Shown: piece after piece, positions 43,496 to 43,539 of the stretch
Layout of the letters: the number at the start of each line of letters is the position of its first letter
Numbering within the stretch: position 1 is the stretch's first letter
From: an uncultured Gammaproteobacteria bacterium
GTDB lineage: Bacteria; Patescibacteriota; Microgenomatia; UBA12405; BS750m-G30
Direction: 5' to 3'
Length of the DNA: 43,539 nt
NCBI GenBank assembly: GCA_964484095.1
Contig: CAZAEB010000002.1
Location: 1-43,539 of the forward strand
Made by a program: the position numbers and the translations under genes
The notes under the pieces: model-generated
Seen by the model: only the letters and a program-made list of their open reading frames with translations
Told to the model about the DNA's origin: nothing
Database searches by the model: none

Positions 43496-43539
43496 CTAGG
43501 AGTGTTTGAGGGGAAGCCTAATGGTGAAAGTCGTCCCTT
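43496..43539 (-). CDS. C-terminal tail of a sensor histidine kinase (3'-partial view; the gene continues beyond the window)
   Basis: The minus frame reads GTTFTIRLPLKHS*, the typical end of an HATPase_c domain (G.TF.i.LP.). Only 14 codons are visible. Confidence 0.35.
   Translation of the reverse strand, partial: GTTFTIRLPLKHS

Noticed and set aside
1-43539. Use of an alternative genetic code (TGA read as Gly or Trp, as in some candidate phyla and mycoplasmas).
   Set aside because: Long conserved genes translate uninterrupted under the standard code and end at TGA, TAA or TAG at family-typical lengths. No in-frame TGA clusters split recognisable domains.
1-43539. CRISPR arrays, rRNA genes, and IS elements or transposases.
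   Set aside because: I saw no regularly spaced short repeats, no rRNA-like conserved stretches, and no transposase-like ORFs or terminal inverted repeats. The only repeats found are the four pairs reported in the features list.

Overview
This is an AT-rich, very gene-dense chromosomal segment with about 50 protein genes, 3 tRNAs, no rRNA, no CRISPR array and no recognisable transposase. Several traits fit a reduced-genome bacterium of the Patescibacteria/CPR type, which is an inference only. These traits are tiny or zero intergenic gaps, convergent genes that overlap at their 3' ends, an orphan VirD4/TraG-like ATPase, an archaeal-type HMG-CoA synthase/thiolase/DUF35 operon, and many membrane-anchored hypothetical proteins. 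TGA is a normal stop codon here, so the code is standard code 11.

Recognisable housekeeping blocks:
- tRNA-Ser, tRNA-Met, def and an initiator-like tRNA(CAT).
- An FtsB-like gene and a Xer recombinase.
- dnaG-rpoD-tmk-CYTH.
- uppP, rlmN, apt and mtnP.
- A DEAD-box helicase and a P-type ATPase.
- pyrH.
- A MacA/MacB-type ABC efflux operon preceded by the tail of a histidine kinase.

The least ordinary part is 25.1-30.3 kb. It contains the only two large non-coding gaps in the window. These gaps hold two decayed 5' fragments of a GT2 glycosyltransferase gene and a ghost copy of the P-type ATPase promoter and start. They also hold an ATP-cone gene, missed by the ORF track, that seems to start at ATT. 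A Cys-rich repeat-protein gene sits between 46-nt direct repeats that duplicate the 3' end of the helicase gene.

Other points worth a second look:
- A dinB-like polymerase split by a +1 frameshift at an A5 run, preceded by a coupled small ORF.
- A GT-C-like membrane protein fused to a PBP 'pedestal' with no transpeptidase domain.
- A DUF35 scaffold protein without its zinc ribbon.
- A recurring leaderless-mRNA promoter layout, with the -10 box 5-8 nt before the ATG.

All family assignments come from motifs read by eye. No database search was run.
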